A stretch of DNA of 13,822 bases, taken from assembly GCA_000388065.2 (NCBI GenBank), contig KB932205.1; one strand, given 5' to 3'. This DNA comes from Fonticula alba ATCC 38817. Taxonomy: Eukaryota; Protista; Nucleariida. The position numbers and the translations under genes were made by a program. Positions within the stretch are counted from its first letter, which is position 1. Every line of letters begins with the position of its first letter. The notes under the pieces are model-generated. The model searched no databases. It saw only the letters and a list, made by a program, of their open reading frames with translations, and was not told the origin of the DNA. Below, piece by piece: positions 1 to 8,677 of the stretch.

Positions 1-261
1 CCCCCCCTCCCCCTCGTCCTTCCTGTTCCCTTCCCGTTACCGACTGGACAAGTACGCTCCCCTCCCGCCCCTTGCCATTCCATCCACCTCGGCCTCGGTC
101 CAGCGCGACAGGCCCCTTTTACGCCGGCCCCCCCCCCCTCCCCTCCTCACACTCCACGACACCGCTCGCACCCCGTGGCTGCCAGGTGCTTCTCTTTGCT
201 GTCCCCCCTTTGCCGCGGGTAAAGATGCTCTGCTTGCGCTGATCTGCCCTGCTCGTCGCAG

Positions 262-390
262 GTGACTCCCCCCGTCTCCCCTCCTCCCTGAGAGCCACCT
301 GGCGGCGTCTCGTCGCCAGCTCGCCCTCTTTTTCTCCCCCCCCCCTCTCCTCTCTTTCTCTCTTTCTCTCTCTCTCTTTATCTATTGCAG
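262..390 (+). other. Candidate 5' intron of the low-complexity gene
   Basis: cag|GTGACT at 262, long pyrimidine tract ~326-388, TATTGCAG| acceptor at 389-390, 43 nt before the ATG at 434. The donor is ambiguous (alternatives at 52, 186, 219). Confidence 0.4.
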
Positions 391-433
391 TCTCCTCTCT
401 CGTCCGCTCCCCGGTCTTGGCTTGGCTGTCCTC

Positions 434-828
434 ATGCCTCAATCTGGCCCGGCATCCTCAGTGCCGGCGGATGCCAGCTCGGCAGCCGGCATTCCACCAT
501 CAACCCTTCCGACCTACCAGCAGACATCCCCGCTGGCACACCAGCCCTCGGGGCCCTTCCCCCCCGGGTCCGGGCCTCTCTTCCATGCGGCCCCCCCGGA
601 GCCGGGCACCATGGCCCATCGTGTGGATGGCCTTCGCCCGCAGATGCACTTCCCACACCAGCATGTGCATGCTCATCACCCGGAGCAACATCCTCACCAC
701 ATCGGGCCCTTTCATCCTGGTGATCCCCTTCACCATGGCGGGCCTTTCCATCCCTCGCACCCCCAACAGCATGGGCACTACCATGCGCAGCCCCAGTCGC
801 AGCCTGCGCCTTTGCCGTCGCCGTCAGT

Positions 829-874
<46 letters not shown>

Positions 875-2860
875 CAACAACAACAACAACAACAGCAGCA
901 GATCCGGGTGCAGGCACCATCACAGCCTTTTCAGTCCTACCAGCCGCCGGTAGGTGGCGGTGTCGGCGACCACCCGCCCATGCTGGCTTCCTTCCCCTCA
1001 CCAATGATGGTCGATGCCTCACCCGGGCCGATGATCGGCGCCGGCGCCGGGCCTCTGGGCAGTGGCATCCGCATTGGGGCAGAGCACTCGCAGCCATATC
1101 CCGGGTCCCGGGCTCCCGAGCGGGACTTCTTCTTTGCCGGCGGCCCCAAGAGCTTGGGCTCTGGCGGGGACCTTCCTGCCGGGGCCAGTGGCAGCGACAG
1201 CGGCGGTCATCATGTCCTGATGCCGGGGCGAATGGGCACCTCGCGCCCGGCTGCCGGCATCCTGTCACACGCCGGTTCCCCGGCCACCGGGGGCACCCAC
1301 CAGCCCCATGGGCACTTCCATGTTCACTTGCACCACGCGCGTCAGGCCGACCGGGGTCCGGAGCTCTTCCAGCCGGTCGGCCCTCCGGGGCTTTCTCAGA
1401 CCCCTGGGTCGGGCCTGCCGCCGACGGCATCGCCATCGGCCTCGGTCGCCGGTCCGGCCATGGCCCCGGTGGCATACTCGCCGCCCGAGCAGGGACCGCC
1501 TCTTCTTCATGCCAGGCAGCGGCCGCGTCTGCAGACTGTCGATCCCGGTTCCGGACCCTCGGTCGGGGCCCCGGCGGCGTCGGCGTCATCCTCGCCCGGC
1601 GGGCGTCTCAGCGCCGCCGATCCCCTGCCGGCCGATGACCGGCCGGACACCCTCACCGCCGCCGGGTATGCGTCCACTTGCGCGCGTTTTCTACAGGCAT
1701 GCTTGCAAAAGTTTGGCCGTGCCGACTCGCCCGGGGCCACGGGCCCCGCGCCTGAACTCCGACTCACCGGTGCCTCCGGTTCACTCCCGGCGGGGGGTGA
1801 CGGTGGCGGTGGCCCGGAGGCGCCCCCGGGACCGGCCCCGGCCCCCCTCACAGCCGACAGCCGCATGGCCTCGGCATCATCCTCGTCCTCGTCCTCCTCC
1901 TCCTTGGCCGCGGACGTGCGCATGTCATCGGCCAAGGTGGCCACGCCGGCGGATGTGGCTGCGGCACCGTCCACGGGGGTGTCCGCCACGACGGCGGGGC
2001 TGGACTCGCCATCGGCCGGACTCCCCGCCGGGCGCATGGCGAATGTCCATTCCGCCAGGGGGTGCGGCCTCTCCTCGCCGCCGGCGGGTGTCGCCGGGGG
2101 GGCTCCTCTCCATGGGGCGGCGGGCGTCCACAGCAGCAGCAGCAGCAGCAGCCTCTATGTGGCGGCATTGGTCAATCGGAAGCTTCAACAGTCGGAGATC
2201 CCGGCGTCGCTGGCGGCCAGCGTGAAGCTGCCCTTGGCCACCTTCGAGGCGCATGTGGATGAGCCGCGCCCTTCGCCCGGGGCGCTGTCATTGCCGGGAC
2301 ATGGGCCTGGCTCGCGGCCTCCGCGCACCAGCCGCCTGGCCCTCGGGGCGTCGTCCACACCCTCGGCCCCGATGGCCGATGCATGTACCGCTTCTCTGGC
2401 GATGTCCCCGTCGACCAGGGCCGTGGCCATTGCCACCGGCCGTCCCTCGCCGAGCGTGGCGGAGGACTCCCTCATGAGCTCCGGCTCGTTCGACGCGTCG
2501 ATTGGCGGCTTGCGGCGCGATGGCACCTCCGGCGGCCCACCCACGGCCGGGGGCGTGAGCCCGGGCCAGCTGCCCCCGGGCGGGCTCTCGCCACTGGGTG
2601 CCCGGCCATCGGGGCCATCGCATTACCACCACGGCCGGCTCCCGCACCAGCAGCACCCGCACTTCCATCCATACCAATCGGCCCCCCCTGTTCTGTCCTT
2701 GTCTTCGGCGACGTCGGCTCCATGTGTGGGCGTCTCGCCCCCCGGCGCTTCTCACCGGCCTCGCCACTCGCCACCGGGTGACCCTCATCACCATCTTCAT
2801 CAGGGTCATCTCCAGCACCCTCATCACCCTCATTATCATGACCACCACCACCACCACCAC

Positions 2861-2891
<31 letters not shown>

Positions 2892-3775
2892 AGCAGCAGC
2901 AGCAGCAGCAGCATCATTACCACCAGCAGCATGACCACCACCAGCATGGTTATCGTCATCATCAGCACCCCCAGCATCATGCGCATCACCCTCACCAGGA
3001 CCGCCACCACGCTGGAGGTCACGACTCCTTCGGTGGTGGTCCTGGGCGCCAAGTCCTCGTGGCCCGGCGGCGTGCCCCGCCCCCACCGACTGAAAGCCTG
3101 AGGATCTCGGACTTCATCGATCTGACCCTGTCGGAGAATGACAGCAGCAGCAATAGCAGCAACAGCAGCAACAGCAGCAACGGCACCGGTGGCGGCCCGA
3201 CGGCAGACACCGTCACGGCGGCCGCCTCCTCGTCGTACGCCTCCTCGCCAGTGGATGCCGTCTCGCCGGTGGCTTGCCTGCCGGCCTCGGTGGCGCGGGC
3301 GCTACCACCACCAGCCACACCGGCCGGTATGGGCATTTCAAGTGCAGCCGCTGGGCCTGCTGTGATCAGTTCCACGGCTGGCGGCCTGGCGACCGGGCCG
3401 TCGCCATATATGTCCTGCGCGGTGGCAGCCATCTCGGCAGCGCCGCTGCTGCACACCGCCCCATCGGGCGGCCACGAGACTGACACCAGTGGCGAGGCTC
3501 CCCGCGGTGGATCCACCCCTCCGACAGTAGGTGGCCCGGTGCCGGAGCTGTCCCCGATGCCGGCAGGCCCGGCGGCGGCGGCGGCGGCGGCGGCGGTAAG
3601 CGCCACTTCCCCGGCTGCTGCCGTGCACTTCCACCACCCGGGCGTGGTGGCAGGGGTGTCGACCACCGGGCCGGGATCGTCCGGGTCCGGGGCCGCCAGC
3701 GCCTCAGCCTCCCCCTCAGGGGGGGCTGCGGTCGCGCCATCAGCCCATCGCTCGCCTGGCCTCTCACTATCCTAG
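434..3775 (+). CDS. Hypothetical low-complexity, probably disordered protein (~1,113 aa), rich in Q/H/P/S/G/A
   Basis: 3.3-kb stop-free frame. First ATG is 434 (the track's 422 start is TTG); an alternative ATG at 611 has a strong context (caccATGg). In-frame trinucleotide repeats encode polyQ, polyH, polyS and polyA. It lacks the long G/C homopolymers and (CT)n/(GT)n tracts common in the flanks. TAG at 3773-3775. No domain recognised; true 5' end uncertain. Confidence 0.75.
830..901 (+). repeat. Coding trinucleotide repeat (CAG)12(CAA)9(CAG)3 encoding Q24
   Basis: Read directly from the sequence, in frame with the 434-3775 ORF. Confidence 0.95.
2843..2911 (+). repeat. Coding repeat (CAC)6 followed by a CAG/CAA tract, encoding H6-Q17
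   Basis: (CAC)6(CAG)5CAA(CAG)3CAA(CAG)7 read directly, inside a larger His-rich segment. Confidence 0.95.
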
Positions 3776-4372
3776 AGCCCCAGAGAGAGGTGTATATCTT
3801 CTTCGGGGCGGTGTCCTCCCTCTGCCCCTTCTTTTCTTCTCTTCTCTTCCCTGGGCCAGCCCCCTCCCCCCTCCCCTCCCAATGCGGGCCCAATAGACAT
3901 GCCCCCTCCTCGCACAAGGCCCCGCTCCCCCCCTCCTTTCTCACACCCACGCGTCTGCTCCCGTTGGTCCTGATCGCTGTGTTTATTGTGCGGCGTCAGG
4001 TCCCATCGCCCTCACGGCGATCACGCGCAGAGATATCACGCGCACCGACGAAGCTGCCCTCTATAAATGCCATTTCCACCCCGGAGGCCCCATGGAAGCA
4101 CCGCCCGGGGCTGTGATCTTCCGCCCCTTGGGGGGGGGGGGGGGGGCGGGGGCATACGTTAGCAACAACAAGACAAGAACTGGCCAGACGGCGGGGCGTG
4201 GCGAGGGCCGCGCTGCATGCATTTCTCGTGGTGGCTCCGGCACCTGGGGCCGGCCCCTCTGCCCAGCAGCAGATCCAAGGTCGGACGGCACTCTGTGTGT
4301 GTGTGTCGGCTGGAGGGGGGGGACCGGGAACGGATAGAAAGGGGGACGGCGGGTGAACCCTCCCAAAAACCA

Positions 4373-4387
4373 GGAAGTTTCTGGAAT
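4373..4387. promoter_or_regulatory. Perfect three-unit heat-shock element match (nGAAnnTTCnnGAAn)
   Basis: gGAAgtTTCtgGAAt. It matches the HSF consensus exactly and lies ~2.3 kb upstream of the DnaJ ATG. Function is not demonstrated. Confidence 0.35.
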
Positions 4388-5871
4388 GGGGGTATTTCTG
4401 GACTGAACTGTTTCCGCCGTTTTGATTTGCATGGATGGGGAGATCCCTGGCCGGTCGCCGCCCCCCCCCTGCCCCGGTGGTGCCCGTCCCTGGCCTTCCG
4501 CGGACGGGAGGGCTCCGCACGCCGTAGCGCGCTCAGACAACGCACGGCGGTAGACGCCCACATGTACGCGCACATGAGAGCGTCCCTCGCCGCCTGGCGC
4601 TGGGACCCCCAGGCCCCACAAGTCCTGCCCCCAGGGGCTGGGAAAGATCCAGAGTATTCCGCCTCCCGGGAACGGGCCGGGGTGTGGAGCAGCGGGGTCG
4701 AAGGCCCGGCTGGGGGAATATCTGATCTTCGGGTGTATGTTTACGTATGCTTGCGTCGCCAGTAACAGCCCCCCCCCCCCCCCCTCCCCCATCTCCTCAG
4801 CTCCTGCAATCTGGAACGGCGGGCCTCGGGACTTGGGGAGGCGGGGCCCACCTTCACCCACCATTCCGGCCGAAGGACAGCCGCAACGCACAAGGACGCA
4901 GCGCGGCCCGGAGACGCGGGAAGCTAGTTGACCGCGAGAACCGGGCGGGTGCGCGTGTGTGTGTGTGTGCGTGTGTGCGCGCCACACGGGCGGGGGGTGA
5001 GGTGGTGCATTTTCGCGCGAGTGCGTTCACGCGCGCCAGGTGGGGGACTCGGGTGGGAGCCATTGTTGTGGATGCGCCCGAGGATGCCCCCTGTTCGATG
5101 GCTTTCACTTTCTGGCCATCGACGTTGATGGCGCGGCGCCGAGTCGAGGGGCCACGGGTGCTCCGGGGGGTGGGGGGTGGGAGGCAACACCGGGTTACAT
5201 CCCCCTCCGGTGTGGCCAGCCTACGCGGCAAGCCGGGGACTTTCTGCGTTGGTCACAGCTTCCCCAGGCGCGCGAGGGCCAGCCGAGGAAAGCGGGAGAC
5301 GCGCCGGAGCCGTAATTTCCAGCAAGCAGCGGTGGGTGGGGGGGGGGGGGGCCTCGATGTGCCTGTTTTTCTTTTGGGTCGCCGCTTCGTTGCCCCCCCC
5401 CCCCGGGGCGCTCTGCGTCGCACAGCCTCCGAGCGTCCGTGCGTCTGCGCACGCGCCGGGCGGGGCTAACTGACCCCGGAAGGAAAGTGGGGAGGTGTCA
5501 GGGACCTCCCGCGCTGTGCGGAGTGACGTAGAGGGGAGCCCCGCTCGCCCGCCCTCTCCTGGCCTTGCGGCCGGGATCCAGAGCGCTCGAGAAGCGTCGC
5601 CCCGCCCCCCTCCCGCGCCCCCGGCCCCGGCCCCCGGTGCCTGCCAGGGGTGCGTTTCACTGCCGTTGCCCGGCCGCGCGTGCGCGCATGTACGATGGTA
5701 ACACGGCCGCCAGCCGGACTGCCCGCGGTGGATGTACTTCCGCTCGAGGTGAGATCTGTCCTGCGGGGGGGGGGGGCGCTCGGGATCAGGATTGTTCGTG
5801 GAGATCAGCGATTCTCATTTCCCAGCATTGTCCTCCCTCCGGCCGGGGGCCTCTTTCCACACCTGTACGCG

Positions 5872-5913
5872 CGTGTGTGTGTGTATGTGTGTGTGTGTGT
5901 GTGTGTGCGTGTG
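5872..5913 (+). repeat. Imperfect (GT)n microsatellite running into the assembly gap
   Basis: cgtgtgtgtgtgtatgtgtgtgtgtgtgtgtgtgtgcgtgtg directly before the Ns. Confidence 0.9.
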
Positions 5914-6554
5914 NNNNNNNNNNNNNNNNNNNNNNNNNNNNNNNNNNNNNNNNNNNNNNNNNNNNNNNNNNNNNNNNNNNNNNNNNNNNNNNNNNNNNNN
6001 NNNNNNNNNNNNNNNNNNNNNNNNNNNNNNNNNNNNNNNNNNNNNNNNNNNNNNNNNNNNNNNNNNNNNNNNNNNNNNNNNNNNNNNNNNNNNNNNNNNN
6101 NNNNNNNNNNNNNNNNNNNNNNNNNNNNNNNNNNNNNNNNNNNNNNNNNNNNNNNNNNNNNNNNNNNNNNNNNNNNNNNNNNNNNNNNNNNNNNNNNNNN
6201 NNNNNNNNNNNNNNNNNNNNNNNNNNNNNNNNNNNNNNNNNNNNNNNNNNNNNNNNNNNNNNNNNNNNNNNNNNNNNNNNNNNNNNNNNNNNNNNNNNNN
6301 NNNNNNNNNNNNNNNNNNNNNNNNNNNNNNNNNNNNNNNNNNNNNNNNNNNNNNNNNNNNNNNNNNNNNNNNNNNNNNNNNNNNNNNNNNNNNNNNNNNN
6401 NNNNNNNNNNNNNNNNNNNNNNNNNNNNNNNNNNNNNNNNNNNNNNNNNNNNNNNNNNNNNNNNNNNNNNNNNNNNNNNNNNNNNNNNNNNNNNNNNNNN
6501 NNNNNNNNNNNNNNNNNNNNNNNNNNNNNNNNNNNNNNNNNNNNNNNNNNNNNN
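5914..6554. other. Assembly gap (641 N)
   Basis: Run of N; probably hides the DnaJ proximal promoter or 5' leader. Confidence 0.99.
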
Positions 6555-6661
6555 GCGAGGCAAGTGCTTCAAAGGGTGACGCTCTGCCACGAACACACCC
6601 TTCATGACACGCATACGCACAGCGAGACCCTCCCCCCCCCCCACTCCCCACAGCAGTAACC

Positions 6662-7879
6662 ATGGTTGCCGATACCAAGTTCTACGACGTCCTGGGCGTG
6701 TCGCCTGACGTGTCTGAGGGCGATCTCCGCCGCGCGTACCGTCGCCTGGCCCTCCAGTACCACCCGGACAAGAACCCCAACTCCGAGGACAAGTTCAAGG
6801 AGATCACCGCCGCGTATGAGGTCCTCTCGGACCCGGAGAAGCGCGAGGTGTACGACCGCTACGGTCTCAAGGGCCTCGAGGGCGGCCCCGGCGGCCCGGG
6901 CGTCGACGTGTCGGACATCTTCTCGCAGATGTTCGGTTTCAGCGCCGGCGGCGGTGGCCCGGCGGCCGAGCGCCGCGGCAAGAGCATCCAGCACCGCCTG
7001 CGCGTGACTCTGACCGACCTGTACAAGGGCAAGACCAGCCGCCTGTCCCTGCGCCGGAGTGTCCTGTGTGGCGGTTGCGCCGGGTCCGGCTCCAAGAGCG
7101 GCCAGTCGTACAAGTGCCACACTTGCAATGGGCGCTGCTTTGTCACCAAGCTGCACCCCATCGGCCCGGGCATGATGCAGCAGATCCAGATGGAGTGCAC
7201 CGCTTGCATGGGGTCCGGCTTCACGGTGCCGGCCGCCGACCGGTGCCCCGAGTGTGATGCCAAGCGCGTCAAGACCGAGCCCAAGACCCTGGAGGTGCAC
7301 ATCGAGCCCGGCATGCAGGACGAGCAGCGCATCACCTTCCGCGGCGAGGCCGACCAGGCCCCCGGGGTCCTGCCCGGCGATGTGGTCATCATCCTGGACC
7401 AGGCCGAGCATCCGGTTTTCAAGCGCAAGGGCTCGGACCTGATCATGAACCTGTCCATTCCCCTGTCCGTGGCCCTGACCGGTGGCGAGGTGGAGATCAA
7501 GCACCTGGACGACCATGGGCTCTTCCTGTCCTTCCCGGCCGGGCAGATTGTCCGCCCTGGCGATGTGAAGCTTGTCCCGGATGAGGGCATGCCCACGCAT
7601 GGCCGCTCGCATGGCCGCGGTAACCTCATTGTCTTCCTGTCGGTGGACTTCCCCCCGCCCACTTGGTACAACCCCCAGACGGCGGAGAAGCTGCGTGCCC
7701 TGCTCCCGGCCCCGGCCAAGGTCGACCACAACAAGCCGAACTTCTACTCCGTCAACTCCGAGGACATCGACATCGACAACTACCACTTCACCCAGCCCGG
7801 CACCAGCAGCGCCGCCCACGACGACGACGATGACCATGGCGGCCGCCATGGCGCCGTCCCGGGCTGCCACCAGTCGTAA
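6662..7879 (+). CDS. DNAJA: Type I (class A) DnaJ/Hsp40 co-chaperone, DNAJA/Ydj1-like, 405 aa
   Basis: N-terminal J domain with HPDKNP, short G/F linker, four CxxC zinc-finger repeats ([32 protein letters not shown]), C-terminal substrate-binding region ([26 protein letters not shown]...PGDVVIIL), acidic tail and terminal CaaX box CHQS. Start context aaccATGg; strong C/G third-position bias; no coding intron needed. Confidence 0.97.
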   Translation: MVADTKFYDVLGVSPDVSEGDLRRAYRRLALQYHPDKNPNSEDKFKEITAAYEVLSDPEKREVYDRYGLKGLEGGPGGPGVDVSDIFSQMFGFSAGGGGPAAERRGKSIQHRLRVTLTDLYKGKTSRLSLRRSVLCGGCAGSGSKSGQSYKCHTCNGRCFVTKLHPIGPGMMQQIQMECTACMGSGFTVPAADRCPECDAKRVKTEPKTLEVHIEPGMQDEQRITFRGEADQAPGVLPGDVVIILDQAEHPVFKRKGSDLIMNLSIPLSVALTGGEVEIKHLDDHGLFLSFPAGQIVRPGDVKLVPDEGMPTHGRSHGRGNLIVFLSVDFPPPTWYNPQTAEKLRALLPAPAKVDHNKPNFYSVNSEDIDIDNYHFTQPGTSSAAHDDDDDHGGRHGAVPGCHQS

Positions 7880-8650
7880 GTGCGTCGCGTGTGCCTCTGC
7901 GCCCTGCGTCGCCTCCTCCCCTCCTCCCGACCTGTGCCCTCCTCTCTTTCGCCGCTTCTTCTTTCCCCTTCCTCCGGCTTTCGGTCTCTCGCTCGATCTC
8001 GCTTGCGCGCGCATCGCCTCTCTCCCTCGTGTATGCTGAGAGAGAGAGCGAGCGAGCGACGTAAGGGCCAACCGATGAGGCGATGGCGGAGAGAGCTGGG
8101 TGGCTCCTTTTGTGCCTGCCCCCCCCTCTCCCTCCCTCCCCATGTTTCTACGTCCTTCCCGGCCTCCTCTCATTTCCCTCTCGCCGTGCCTTTTTCTCCT
8201 CACTCCTAGTTCTCGTGTCCCGCGTGCCTCCGTGTGTCGTGCCATGTGTGTATGCGAGCAGGGCACGTGTGAGAAGGCAGAGAGAAAGAGAGAGAGAGAG
8301 CAAGCGAGTGAACGCGGGGAGTGTGTTGAAGGGAGCGAAAAGAGGAGAGCAGACGACGCCATATCCGGCAAGCAGATAATATGGCCGAGCTGAGGGCTCT
8401 CCCAAGGGGAGAGCGCGCCTGTCCTTGTTTTTACACATACATACACCCAAACAAACATATATACACAATCATCAATGGATGCTACCCCCTCCCCCCCCCC
8501 CCTCACCTACAGAACATGCGCATGCACCTTTTTCCGTGCATGTGGCTTGCTTACCGCCCCTGCTGATGTTTCTCCCTTCCCGGGAGAGGTTCAGAGATTG
8601 CTGGGGCAGGAGAGGGAACGACGAGGAGGCCAACGAAGAGGGCGCTGCGT

Positions 8651-8677
8651 GGGTGTGGGTGTGGGTGTGGGAAGGGG
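8651..8677 (+). repeat. (GGGTGT)3GGG hexamer repeat, canonical G-quadruplex motif
   Basis: GGGtgtGGGtgtGGGtgtGGGaaGGGG read directly. Confidence 0.7.

Noticed and set aside
1666-1860. Possible in-frame 195-nt cryptic intron in gene 1 (GG|GTATGC...GACAG|)
   Set aside because: The frame is open without it, there is no pyrimidine tract like the NIP7 introns, and earlier AGs (1696, 1853) would shift the frame. It needs RNA evidence.
417-3950. Many alternative-frame and antisense ORFs over gene 1
   Set aside because: Expected in GC-rich, repeat-rich coding DNA; Arg/Pro-rich or poly-Leu/Val translations lack coding character.
4425-4432. Octamer ATTTGCAT
   Set aside because: Single 8-mer with no snRNA gene or PSE nearby.
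5011-5018. E2F-like TTTCGCGC
   Set aside because: Isolated site with no cell-cycle gene adjacent.
5565-6678. ORFs spanning the first N gap
   Set aside because: Artefacts of translating Ns.
6602-8506. 634-aa antisense ORF over DnaJ
   Set aside because: Shadow of the strongly biased sense codons; it starts at a non-ATG codon, has no recognisable domain and includes microsatellite translations.
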